Source of the DNA: Folioceros fuciformis
Taxonomy: Eukaryota
NCBI GenBank assembly: GCA_049999805.1
Contig: JBNGIO010005394.1
Span: forward strand, 1 to 37,575
DNA: 37,575 nt
Reading direction: 5' to 3'
Under the pieces are notes generated by a model that was given only the letters and a program-made list of their open reading frames with translations, searched no databases and had not been told where the DNA came from. The position numbers were made by a program, and so were the translations under genes. The first letter of the stretch is position 1; every line of letters begins with the position of its first letter. Of the stretch, positions 24,080 to 34,804 are shown one piece after another.

Positions 24080-26335
24080 ATGCTCCTGGCAGAGCAGCTG
24101 CCGTTGCTGTTGCGGCTGCAGCCATGCTCCCCTTCGCCGTCAGCACCTGCAGGATTGGCCGTCAAGACAACAACAATGGCCTGCAGTAGCAACAGCAGCA
24201 GGGAACGGCAGCACGTGCTGTGGCACCACTTCTTTGCCGACCCCAGTCAGTGGTGGGACAACAGGGCGGAGAAGAAGGGTCCGAGCCATCCGGACTTCAA
24301 GCACAAGGGCTCCAAGGAGGCCTTATGGCTGGACAATGCCAGTAAGCCCGAATGGGTGGATTTGCAGCTGGCCGTGTGGGATGCCCGCATGAGACTGACC
24401 GCAGAGGGTGTAGAGAGGTTGAGACAACTTTGTGAGCAGGGCCGCCCGTTGCAGGAGGCTGTGGAAGCGCTGGAGCTCCTGGTGCAGCAGGGGAGTTGCT
24501 CTTGCGCTCTCACCACCAATTCCCTCTTCTACCCAGTGCTTAAGATGTGCAGGCGTGGAACAGGTGCGGAGTTTGATGAGCAGGATCTGGGCTTGGCCAG
24601 GCGAGTCCACGCTCTTGCGGTGGCCACCGGCTTTCACGCGGACGCGTTTCTGGCCAACCACATCATCTCCATGTATGCGTCACATGGGGCTGTGGGCGAG
24701 GCGACGAGCGTCTTCACCGAGGTCACCGAGCCCAATGTCTACATGTGGGCATCCATCATCTGGGCGCATGCGCGACACGGGCAGCCCCAGCGTGCCATCC
24801 AGCTGTATCGGGACATGCGGCAAACTGGACTAGTGAAGCCGGACTCGCGTACCTTTGTGGGTGTTCTCACGGCTTGTGCCTCTGCGCAGGACCTGTGGGC
24901 CGGCAAGGAGGTGCATGTCCATATTCAGCAGCAGCAGCAGAATCAGCAGGAGCAGGAGCTGGATGACTTCGTCTCCTCCAGCTTGGTGCATATGTATGCC
25001 AAATGCGGCAGCCTGGAGGATGCTCGCAAGGTGTTCGACCAGCTGTCCACTAAAAATGTGGTGACATGGAATGCCATGATCGCAGGGTATGCCAGAGTAG
25101 GGATGGGCCGGCAGGCGCTGGACCTGTATGCAGGGATGCAGATGCAGGGCATGACTAGGGCAGCAGCAGCAGCTGCAGTAGGTGATCAGGTGACACTGGC
25201 CTGCCTCCTCCGAGCATGCGCCACCGTGGGAGCTGTTCAGCATGGGAAGCAGCTTCACTCACAGATCCGCGAGACAGGCCTGGAAGGAGACGCCGTGGTG
25301 GGCACTTCCCTGATCGACATGTATTGCAAGTGCGGGAGCTTGGAGGATGCTCGAAGGGTCTTTGATGCACTGCCCAACAGAGATGTGGTGGCATGGAATG
25401 CCATGCTGAACGGGTACGCTGAGCATGGGCTGGCGGGCATGGCCTTGGAGTGCTTCGGGCAACTGCAAATGCAGGTGGAGCAAGGAGGCAGCATCCGCCC
25501 GGATGCAGCAACCTTCGTTTCTGTCCTGGCTGCCTGCGGTCATGCTGGTCTTGTGCAGCAGGGCCAGGTCTACTTCCGGATGATGGTGGAGGAGCACAGC
25601 ATCCAGCCCACTGATCTCCACTATAACTGCATGGTCCATCTCCTGGCCCGGTCTGGCCTGCTGGAGGAGGCGGAAAGCATGTTGCTCACCACGTCCCTTG
25701 GCGACCCCGTGGTGGGCTGGACTGCATTGCTCACCGCTTGCAGAAGCTTTGGGGATGTGGAGCGAGGAAGGCGATGCTTCGAGCGTCTTGTGGAACGGGA
25801 GGCTCACGATGCCAGCTGTTACGTGCTGTTAGGCAACATCTACGCCAATGCAGGCAGGTGGGAGGATGTGGGCAGAATTGAGAGGCAGAGGAAGGAATCT
25901 GGAGCCAGGAAGTTAGCTGCCACGGCCTGCATCGAGGTGGAGGAAGAGATACACGAGTTTACTGTCGGGGACGTGAGGTTCAGCAGGCCCAACATCATCT
26001 TCAAGCTCAAAAGCGTGAATGCGAGGCTGACGGAGGAAGGAGGACACGTTCCCCACACGGAATTAGTACTGAAGGCTGTGTCTGAGCGGGAGAAGAAGGA
26101 TGCCCTGTGCGGGCATGCCGAGAAGCTGGCCTTAGCCTACGGTCTGCTGAACACTCCGGAGGGCACTCCTCTGCTCGTCACGAAGAATCTGCGCATGTGC
26201 AGCGACTGCCACAGCTCCACCCAGATCATGTCACGACTGGAGAGGCGGGAGATTATTGTGAGAGATGCTCATCGGGTGCACCGTTTCCTGGATGGATCTT
26301 GTTCCTGCGACGACCGCCGGATCCTCATTCCTTGA
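24080..26335 (+). CDS. Intronless PLS-class PPR protein: likely transit peptide - PDF (OSB-type) motif - 11 PPR motifs - E1/E2 - DYW:KP-type domain; candidate U-to-C organellar editing factor
   Basis: 751 aa intact ORF. PDF motif at aa ~47-97 (WWDNR..HPDFKHK..ALWL..PEWV). PPR array L-S-P-L-S-P-L-S-P2-L2-S2. DYW domain: KLAATACIEV, HAEKLA, NLRMCSDCH, HRFLDGSCSCDDRR. Confidence 0.95.
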   Translation: MLLAEQLPLLLRLQPCSPSPSAPAGLAVKTTTMACSSNSSRERQHVLWHHFFADPSQWWDNRAEKKGPSHPDFKHKGSKEALWLDNASKPEWVDLQLAVWDARMRLTAEGVERLRQLCEQGRPLQEAVEALELLVQQGSCSCALTTNSLFYPVLKMCRRGTGAEFDEQDLGLARRVHALAVATGFHADAFLANHIISMYASHGAVGEATSVFTEVTEPNVYMWASIIWAHARHGQPQRAIQLYRDMRQTGLVKPDSRTFVGVLTACASAQDLWAGKEVHVHIQQQQQNQQEQELDDFVSSSLVHMYAKCGSLEDARKVFDQLSTKNVVTWNAMIAGYARVGMGRQALDLYAGMQMQGMTRAAAAAAVGDQVTLACLLRACATVGAVQHGKQLHSQIRETGLEGDAVVGTSLIDMYCKCGSLEDARRVFDALPNRDVVAWNAMLNGYAEHGLAGMALECFGQLQMQVEQGGSIRPDAATFVSVLAACGHAGLVQQGQVYFRMMVEEHSIQPTDLHYNCMVHLLARSGLLEEAESMLLTTSLGDPVVGWTALLTACRSFGDVERGRRCFERLVEREAHDASCYVLLGNIYANAGRWEDVGRIERQRKESGARKLAATACIEVEEEIHEFTVGDVRFSRPNIIFKLKSVNARLTEEGGHVPHTELVLKAVSEREKKDALCGHAEKLALAYGLLNTPEGTPLLVTKNLRMCSDCHSSTQIMSRLERREIIVRDAHRVHRFLDGSCSCDDRRILIP

Positions 26336-27089
26336 AAGATGGGGATGCAGGGCAGTGCAATGCAACGCAAGGGCCTCCATATACCGTACTACACGCAGAA
26401 AGCTGGGACCGTGTCGTTTACACAACCCTACTCACGCGGGGTCGAGAAGACGACAGAACACGAACTGTACAATCATCTCACAATTCTTTTTCAACAACTA
26501 CAACAACTTCTTCATGCTGAGAAAGAAACGCCTCACGAGGAGAGTACTGTATCGGGAACTCGTGGAGATGGAAGCTAATCAAAGTCATTCCCAAGTACTG
26601 TACATAATAAACGAGGAAAACCCTTGTGTAGAGAATCTGGGCCTGGGCTATCAAAGGGACTGTTCTGTTCACAGGAGCCGTAGGAGGGGTGCTTAAGGTC
26701 TGCCAACTGCAAAACTGGTCCCCAGTAGCGAATAGGTGACCAACTGGGAATTAGATTCCAAGACATTTAAATTCGAAAATATTGTATGTAGTATACTTTT
26801 TCTTCCGTTCGATCGTCCATGGCTCTGGCTCTGGCTCTGTGCAAGGTCGAACATCGACAGTCGCTTGTCACTCACCCTGAGGCATCCTATGACACCCCAC
26901 CCAAAGAATACTGTACGCACCGCCAACTTGGGAACGGTACACCGCACAGCGACCAAAGAAAGTACATGCTACCTTCAGCATCGGAGCCCCCTATGCGTGC
27001 AGTGCAGGGATGTAATAATGCACTATACATACCTGGGCATCCTTGCTAGTCTGTTGTTAGACTCACGTTCTAACAGCGGTATCTGAATC

Positions 27090-29652
27090 ATGGCCACAGT
27101 ATGGCTATCGATGTGTGCATAGGGATTGTACTAGGAGCTCCCGCTCACCTCATTGTAGGGAGCCAACCCCCGGCAACCAAGGCCTTCAGTTGCAGCAGTC
27201 CAAGGAGCTCGGCATTCCCGCTCCCCAAAACGACGCGTGTGGGTGAGAACGGGTCTCCCAGCGATGCCGATCGTTACTAGGAGCACGAGCGCTTGTGGCA
27301 ACAAGTTTTTCTGGACCCTACCCTGTGGTGGGACAACAGACGACATGAGAAGAGCTCTCGCTCTCCTGACTTCCGGCGTATGGGGTCTGGCGAGGGGCTG
27401 TGGTTAGACAACATGTTCAACCAGCTTGGGTGGATGACCACCTGCTTTCCTCCGGGCTGCAGATAGTTCAAGGTGCTTCTCCTTGCAAGCCGAGACCTCG
27501 GGATATCCTTGAACCTGGTGGGCGTGGATGATCTGTAGTGGGCTCCATGTGCAGCAGTGTAAGGAACTCAACACCTTGCACTCCCGGGAAAATGTGTGGG
27601 TGGGGACGGGTTTTAGGGTTCAAGCCAGCTTGGGTTGACAGCACCTTGTCTCCTTGGATGCGCAGATGGGTCCCTCTCCTTCCAGGTCGACCTCCCCGGG
27701 TAAGCCTGAACTTGGCAGGCGTGAAGGATCGGACATGGATGTCGTCACGGCTGGAACGGTGAGCCTGTTATGTTATCAAGGAAAGCTTTCTGACGCCGTT
27801 GGATCCCTGGAATCTCTGGCGCAAACACACACTCTGTTATTTCTCGGACTCTGCTTTACACTGTGCTGAAACTGCGTTACAGCTAATAAGGATTTGGTTT
27901 TGGGGCGAGGGGTCCATGATCTCGCCATCAAACTGGGATACGAGTCGAGTGCGTACTTGGGGAACCATATCTTGCGCATGTATGCATCTGGAGGTAGGCT
28001 AGAGGAGGCCATGGGTGTGCTCATCAGAGTGAGGAAACCGGACGCCTTCATGTGCTCTTCCATCATCTTCGCGTACGCGAAGCATGGGAAACCTAGTGGG
28101 GCTGTAAAACTGTACCATGAGATGTGTAGGTCGGGAGTGAAGGCGGATGCTCACGTCTTTGTAGCTGCCCTTCAAGCTTGTGCATTGGCCGCCGACTCGG
28201 AATCTGGCAGAAAAGTACACGGTGATGTAGTGCACAGTGGCATTCCTACTAATCTATTTGTTGGCAATTGCCTGGTGGACATGTATGCAAAATGTGGTGA
28301 AATGAAAGATGCACGCCAGGTTTTTGACAGCATGGCCATAAAGGATGTGGTGACATGGACGGTGCTGATCGCCGGGTATGCACAGCAAGGGCTCAGCCGA
28401 GGGGCGCTAGTTGTGTATGGACTGATGGAGGAGGCGGGCCTCATTTTGCCTGACCGTGTTACCTTCGCTTGCCTTCTGAAGTGTGCAAGCACCTGTGCCT
28501 TACACACGGGCGTGCAACTGCACTCACAGATAGTCCAAAGGGGCCTGCTGGAAGACGTTATGGTGGGCAACTGCCTGGTGGACATGCACGCAAAATGTGG
28601 CAAACTAGAATATGTTCGCCAGGTATTTGACAGTATGGACACCAAGGATGTGGTGAGTTGGACCGCCCTCATTGCTGGGTATGCACAGCAAGGACTTGGC
28701 CAAGAGGCGCTTGCTATGTATGAACAAATGGAGGAGGCGGGTGGCGTGGACCGCCCTGATACCCGGATATGGTACTTGTGATGAAGGTCTCAAGGCACTA
28801 GCCTGTTTTGAGGAAATGTTAGGTGCTGGTGTTCAGCCTAATGATGCTACTTTTACTTGCCTTCTTGTAGCATGCAGTCATCGGGGACTTGTCCAAGAGG
28901 GTCGCAAGTACTTTTATTCCATGGCGGACCAGCATGGTATCAAACCTACTATTCAGCATTACACCTGCATGATCGATCTTCTTGGGCGTGCTGGCCATTT
29001 AGACGACGCAGAGAAGATGCTGTCATCCCTCGAGGGCGAAAGGAATGTTGTAGGCTTGATGTGTTTGTTGAACGCCTGCAAGAGTTACGGGGATACAGAG
29101 AGGGCAATGTGGTGTTTTGAAAGCATTGTCAGCCTGGACCGTCAGAAGGCTCCCGCCTATGTTCTCATGGCCAATGCGTATGCAGATGCAGGTAGGTGGG
29201 CCGATGTAGACAAGATTGAAACACTAAGGAAGGCAGCAGGAGCTAACAAGGAACCTGCAGTGGCTACCATTGAGGTGAAGAAGGAAGTACACAGATTTCT
29301 GGTGGGAGAAAGGAGAGAGGATATTGCACTAAAGGTGGAGAGCACGAGTGCCCGTTTGGAGAAGGAAGGAGGTCTTGTACCTCACACAAAATTGGTGTTG
29401 AAGCCACTGTGTGCGAGGGGTAAAGAAGAAATGTTTTGTGGTCATGCTGAGAAACTAGCTCTGGCCTTCGGTCTCTTGAACATTCCGAGTGGGACGCCTC
29501 TGGTGGTAACTAAGAACCTACTCGTGTACAGTGACTGCCACAGTTCCACGGAGATAATGTCGAGGCTTGAGAAGAGGGACTTTGCTGTAAGGGATAGGTT
29601 CCGTGTTCATCGATTCACAGCTGGTTGTTGCAGTTGTAACTGCCAACCGTGA
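27090..29652 (+). pseudogene. Disrupted paralogous PDF-PPR-DYW:KP gene
   Basis: Several TAG stops in the 5' part. PDF motif LWQQVFLDPTLWWDNR..SPDFRR..GLWLD at ~27293-27415. Frameshifts near 27420, 27640, 27830-27880 and 28740. PPR array in ORFs 27894-28781 and 28672-29652. DYW domain KEPAVATIEV, HAEKLA, CxxC changed to YSDC, ends CSCNCQP. Start position is tentative. Confidence 0.85.
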
Positions 29653-30166
29653 GGAGACAGGATGAGTTTCGCCAGCGTGCATACCGGTGACCGGGTTTCC
29701 GGAAGCGTGTACTTCTGGGGATCAATTTTTTCACACGTGCCTCTTTACTATTGATCAGTAACAATTGCGACAGATGCCTTCCGCGATACTTTGTCGCAAG
29801 GCTTACGGTTCGGAGTTATAGGGTTTAAATCCTAAGCCCTAAAACGTGGGCATTGGTTTCATCCCGTGGCCTTAGACTCAGTTGCAGTCAACAGGGCGTG
29901 TGTCATTCTCGTGCTTGTGTGTCATACTTGGTGGATACATGTCATCGTAGGATACTTGCGTGTGAGATCATATTTGGATACTTATGAGATCAAATATGTA
30001 AGTATTTGAGCTTTGCCACAGCCGCTATGTGTACCTACCTTACTAGCTTTGGCTTTGGCTAATGGCAATACTTTGTGGCCTCATGTATCACATGTAAGTG
30101 GCCTCATGTCATCCGCCATTCCATCGCCATGTGACTAGGGTGCGACCCACCCGTGTAGGTTCCATG

Positions 30167-30277
30167 TTGATCATCGCCCTCACTCTCACGTTGCTCATCA
30201 CCCTCGCTCTTGCATTGCTCATCGCCCTCATTCTCACATTGTTCATCGCCCTCGCTCTCAAGTTGCTCATCACCCTT
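30167..30277. repeat. 24-bp tandem repeat, about 4.5 copies
   Basis: tcatc(g/a)ccct recurs at 30171, 30195, 30219, 30243 and 30267. It explains the repetitive ORFs 30098-30283 and 30104-30352. Confidence 0.9.
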
Positions 30278-30409
30278 ACTTAGATCTTCGAGCTGCCCTC
30301 CTACCGACCTTCCAATGCACTGTTGAGGGGCTGGCCAAGGGCTTGGTGCCAATTACTCTAAGTATTGTGGCCCATCACCATGCCATAAAGCTCACTCTAA
30401 AAGCAATTT

Positions 30410-31405
30410 TTGTCGGCCTTGGAGAAAGCTATGGCCATTACAAGTTTGCTCAATAACACATCAAAGAAGGAAGATTTGTCTATTGAGAAGGAAACTCTGT
30501 CTTATTTATATATGCTTACTCAAGCATCTCGATTTGTGAATGTGAAAGGCAAATGTCATTGCCCTTTGTACTCATGGTTATCTACACTTTCTAACATGCA
30601 TCTACATGAGTTCATACAATTGCTACATACTGCACATCCAGGTTTCAAGTTGGTCTCAAGACGCTATGCAACATCCTTAGTAACAACCAAGTTTTCTTTA
30701 ATAGCTCTAATTGTTCTCAGAGTCAGGTTGCTTGGCAATTAGGAGTTACTTCATGTAGATTTAGAGCTGCAAAAAATGGAGCAAACATTGGGAAAACATG
30801 TCAACTATTTCATATTGGCCATGGCACCATTGTGAAAGGGACCCAACTTGTGATCATTATTTTGCTTCATATGCGCCATGAGTGGATGAAGTGGCTAGAT
30901 GAGAGTAGACGATATGAGATTAGTGAAGTGATACGCCTAAAGGGTTTTGAGGGATGTGTTGGCTTCATTAATAGAACAACTTTGTCATGATCACAAAAGT
31001 GTGGCATTTGTAGTAAGCAATATTTCTTCATTATCACAAAAGTGTGGCATTGGTGGTGAGCAATATTTTGTCATTATCACAAAAGTGTGGCGTTGGCGGT
31101 GAGCAATATTTTAAAAGGAAACGGATGTATGCCCTTAACATCTCACAAACATCAACGACCTCAAACTTTCTTCATTTAGGATTGGAACACTATTTTCTAT
31201 GTATTCTATGAACCTGCAAGTTGCGTGTGATGTCGACAAAAGAATCACCTCTCTACATGTTGGTTGTCCTAGCTCTAATCATGCTACATTTGTGTTTCAA
31301 AGAATGAGTATTTATAAAGATCCAACAACACATTTCTCAGCAGGGAAATACCTTATAGGAGATTCCACGTATCTACTATCACATTTTTGTGTCCCATTAT
31401 GTTGA
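30410..31405 (+). mobile_element. PIF/Harbinger (HARBI1-like) transposase remnant
   Basis: FHIGHGTI, GFEGCVGFINRT (degenerate GxIDGT), YFKRK, YSMNLQVACD..LHVGCPSSNHA, YLIGDSTYLL. Stops and frameshifts present; left boundary uncertain. Confidence 0.85.
30982..31110. repeat. 43-bp triplication inside the Harbinger remnant
   Basis: tcacaaaagtgtggc... occurs at 30991, 31034 and 31077. Confidence 0.9.
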
Positions 31406-31428
31406 GGTCCTTTCTCTAAGGAGAATCT

Positions 31429-31724
31429 TGTTAGAAAAAGTAGGAAATCAAGGATCAACTCTATTCAGGGGCCTAGGCGCCGATAGCGTAATTTAAGCAG
31501 TCCAAAAAGCAAATCTAGCAAGTATCCCGTCTAATAATGCGTAAAACGGGCGTAGGTGAGAGCATACAGAACTTTGATAATTGGAAATGAATTAACAATC
31601 TCAATGACAAAAACATTTAAATACTATCCATGTGTCCATCGACCAAACAACCCTAAGTCCATGTAACCTGAATATAATCAACTATGCGTTAGGTTTAACT
31701 TCTAAGCTAACACCCCCTCTTAAA
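31429..31724 (-). mobile_element. 3' LTR (31429-31712, 284 bp) with polypurine tract of a minus-strand Copia-like element
   Basis: Inverted termini TGTTAG...CTAACA. The minus strand reads tttaagaggggg|tgttag (PPT immediately before the LTR). Confidence 0.75.
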
Positions 31725-32498
31725 CTAACCACTGTTAATTTAAAACTCAAACCCTAAGATGAAGGACTTCTTACGGGGGATGTGACAAACAGGCATCACG
31801 AGGAATAGTCTCTCGCTCATGCACGCTTGAAAGTAATCCGGTGGTTGGAGTTGACGATCCAGATTCTGCTCTGCAATCAAGGCTGCGACTACAAGAATGG
31901 AGCTCCCCCTTGCTGTGCTCATCATCAAATCTCAGCTTGTGCTCTTCTTCTTCACGCATCTGTAATTTTTTATTCTCTGATTGAGCATGAGAAGGAGCGG
32001 CATGGAAGTTCGAATTCCTTCTGAAGGGAGGCAGAAGAGGAGTGGAATTGTTGACAACCATCCTGCTAACTCGCAGTCTTCATCAGCAACGAGAACGGAG
32101 GCGTCCTCCTCATCAGAGGTTATGCCTCTGAGTAAAGGGGAAGCAATCAAAGGCTGGGAATGGGACAACAACACGTGGTCGGCCAGCATGTGCGCCTGGG
32201 GAACTACCATGTGGAACTGAATGTGTCCTTGGTGATAAGCAAAGTCAAGGACATGAATACCCACATCTCCGAACCTCCAACTCGTGAGCAAACTGAGGAA
32301 AGGAGACAGGGTCTTGTCAATGAGCTGGAGAGCACTATCAGAATGTTGAACAAGCTCAAGGGGGTGGACTTTTACGACTAAAACAAGTATACAGATGATT
32401 AGGTATGTCCCTCACGCTTCATCCATCTGACCCTATGTTTTTTTTTTTTTAGCAGAGGGGCACATGTTTCCACCACCCTCCATCCAGATGAGTGACTG

Positions 32499-34804
32499 TC
32501 ACTCAAAATAGGCAGAGTAGTCCCTCAGTCCCATGCCCTCCATGTGATAATAATGTTTGTATTTGGGCAACCCTTTTGTGAGGATGTCGGTAGTGTTTTC
32601 ATCTGTCTGTATGTATTCCAATTTAAGAACACCTTTGTGAACCACATCTCGTATGTAGTGGTGTTGCACTTCAATATGTTTTGTACGAGCATGAAATTTT
32701 GAGCTCTCTACTAACTCAAGGGCTACGATGTTATCACAGAGCACGAGAGTGGGCTTCTCCTGCGGCTGTCCCAAATCTTGGAGGAAGCTACGTTCCCACT
32801 CAGCCTCTTTTGCTGCTTCAGTCAAAGATTTATACTTCAGAGGAACTGAGAGCAACATATGCTTCCTTTTTATAGCTCCATGTAACCGCTACTGAGCCCA
32901 GTACATAGCAATATGTGGAAAGACTCCTTTGTGCATCGGAATCCGAGGCCCAGTCAGCATCTGTGAAGCCTCTCAAAATAAGTTGCCTTTGCCCTGTGCT
33001 CTTGTACATAAGTCCGCATTTATGCATGCCTCTGAGATAACTAAATATCCTTTTGACAGCTACCTAGTGTACCTTAGCAGGATTTTCCAGAAACTGCAAA
33101 ACTATACTAACAGCATATTGTATGTCAGGTCGAGTCCAGTTCGCAACAAAAATCAGAGACCCAACAGCATGTCGGTAAGGTATGTTCTACATGTCCAACT
33201 TTTCAGCTTGTGACTGTGGGCACTGGTACTTAGTCAATTTCGTGCCAGCAGCATAGGGAGTGGCAGCTGGCCTGGCCTCATCAAGGTGGAACTTTCTGAG
33301 TATCTCGATTATGTACTTGTACTGGTGGATAAACAGTAGCTCTTCTTCCCTTACACAAAGCAATTGGATTCCCAAACATAATTTCAGCTCCCCTATGTCT
33401 TTCATGTCGAATATGTTGCTGAGTTTGTCCTTCACACTTGCTAATAGCTTTTGGTCGTTTGTGGCAAATATAACATTTTCCACATAAAGTGCTAGGATGA
33501 CGATTGATGCTCCTTAAGTGAGCTTGTACGCATTGCTGTCGGCTGCATTTTGGACGAAGTCAATACTAAGCAGGTACAAGTGCATTGTAATGTACCAAAC
33601 ACGCACGCTTTGTTTCAGGCCGTATATGCACTTCAAAAGCTTTAACACTTTGTTAGGATGCTGCTTGTCTTCGTAGGCTTCAGGCTGCAACATATACAAC
33701 TCCTTTTCAAGGGTACCATACAAAAAGGCAGTGCAAACATCCATCTGTTGCAGGTCAAGGTCAAACTCAGTGGCATAAGCAAGCAGAATTCTAATCGACT
33801 GTGTACAAACAATAGGCGAGAAGGTCTCTTGATAGTCAAGGCCTTCCACTTAGGTAAACCCACGAGCCACGAGCCTTGCTTTGTATCTGGCCACTCGTCC
33901 ATGTGCATTGAACTTGATTTTAAAAACCCACTTACAGTTGATCGCCTTTCTTCTAGGTGGGAGGTCTGCAAGTACCCATGTCTCATTTTTTATGAGAGAT
34001 TCGTACTCATCCTCCACTGCAGCCTTCCATTGTTCACTCTATGGACCATTGAAGGCCTACTGTAAAGTGGTAGGCTCCTCTGGAACTTCAGGGCTAGCAG
34101 TAGCCAAGGCAGCAGCTTTAGCAAAAGAGGTTTTCCGAAAATCAATGGACTGGTAACGGGGTTCTGCCCATTAGTCAGGAGGTGGCCTGTGACGTGTAGA
34201 GCGTCTAAGTACAGGCTCTTGTTCATGTGGCTCGTCAGCAGTGGCTATGCTTTCCAGAGCATGATGTCCTACAACCTCCCCCTCATCGTCTGGAATGGGA
34301 GCAGCATCCCCCTCGTAGACTGGAGGATAATCATTTTCCAAAACATTATGTAGATCATCCTGCAGGTTCATATTGTTTTCATGATCAGTATCGGCAACAT
34401 TAGGCACATCAAGTGCCACTAGTGGAGGGTTTGCCAACACAACATCACCTCCATGTCCGTCAGCAAGATCGTCAAATGTTTCGGGATCAGCAGGATCCAT
34501 ATCATCAAGTGGGTAAGTGGCTGGGACTCCCTCTATTTCATCTGTTTCCAACAGATCGGAGTATCCTCCTTCAGCAGTTTGTGATAAATTTGGAGATGGC
34601 TGTGTGGCAGGGGCACTGGGCTCAAGAAAGGTGATGCTCCGGGCGAGAAGCATGGCACCAGTCTTAGGATTGTAAAGTTTGTAGGCTTTGGTTCTTTCAC
34701 TATAACCTACAAAAAGTAAGCCCTTTGCTCGAGGATCCAATTTCCTTCGTTTCTCAACAGGTATGTAACCAAAAGCCCGTGCTCCAAAAACTCGCAGATG
34801 TAAC
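32499..34804 (-). mobile_element. Decayed Ty1/Copia pol (integrase C-terminal region - RT - RNase H)
   Basis: HLRVFGARAF..KLDPRA..FVGYS, LRRSTR, GLDYQETFSP, QMDVCTAFLYG, IYGLKQS, YVEN (YVDD mutated), GFTDADWA, KHIEVQHHYIRD, DILTK. Many stops and frameshifts. Confidence 0.95.

Noticed and set aside
27090-27280. TAG stops repaired by U-to-C editing of the PPR transcript itself
   Set aside because: U-to-C editing is known from organellar, not nuclear, transcripts, and the gene also has frameshifts and a lost zinc ligand.
20770-29652. Functional cluster of DRB with PPR editing genes (ADAR-like split system)
   Set aside because: DRB2-type proteins act in nuclear/cytosolic small-RNA pathways, while the PPR has a likely organelle transit peptide. 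PPR genes are very numerous in these lineages, so adjacency is expected by chance.
30098-30352. Hydrophobic or acidic repeat peptides
   Set aside because: Translation artefacts of the 24-bp tandem repeat.
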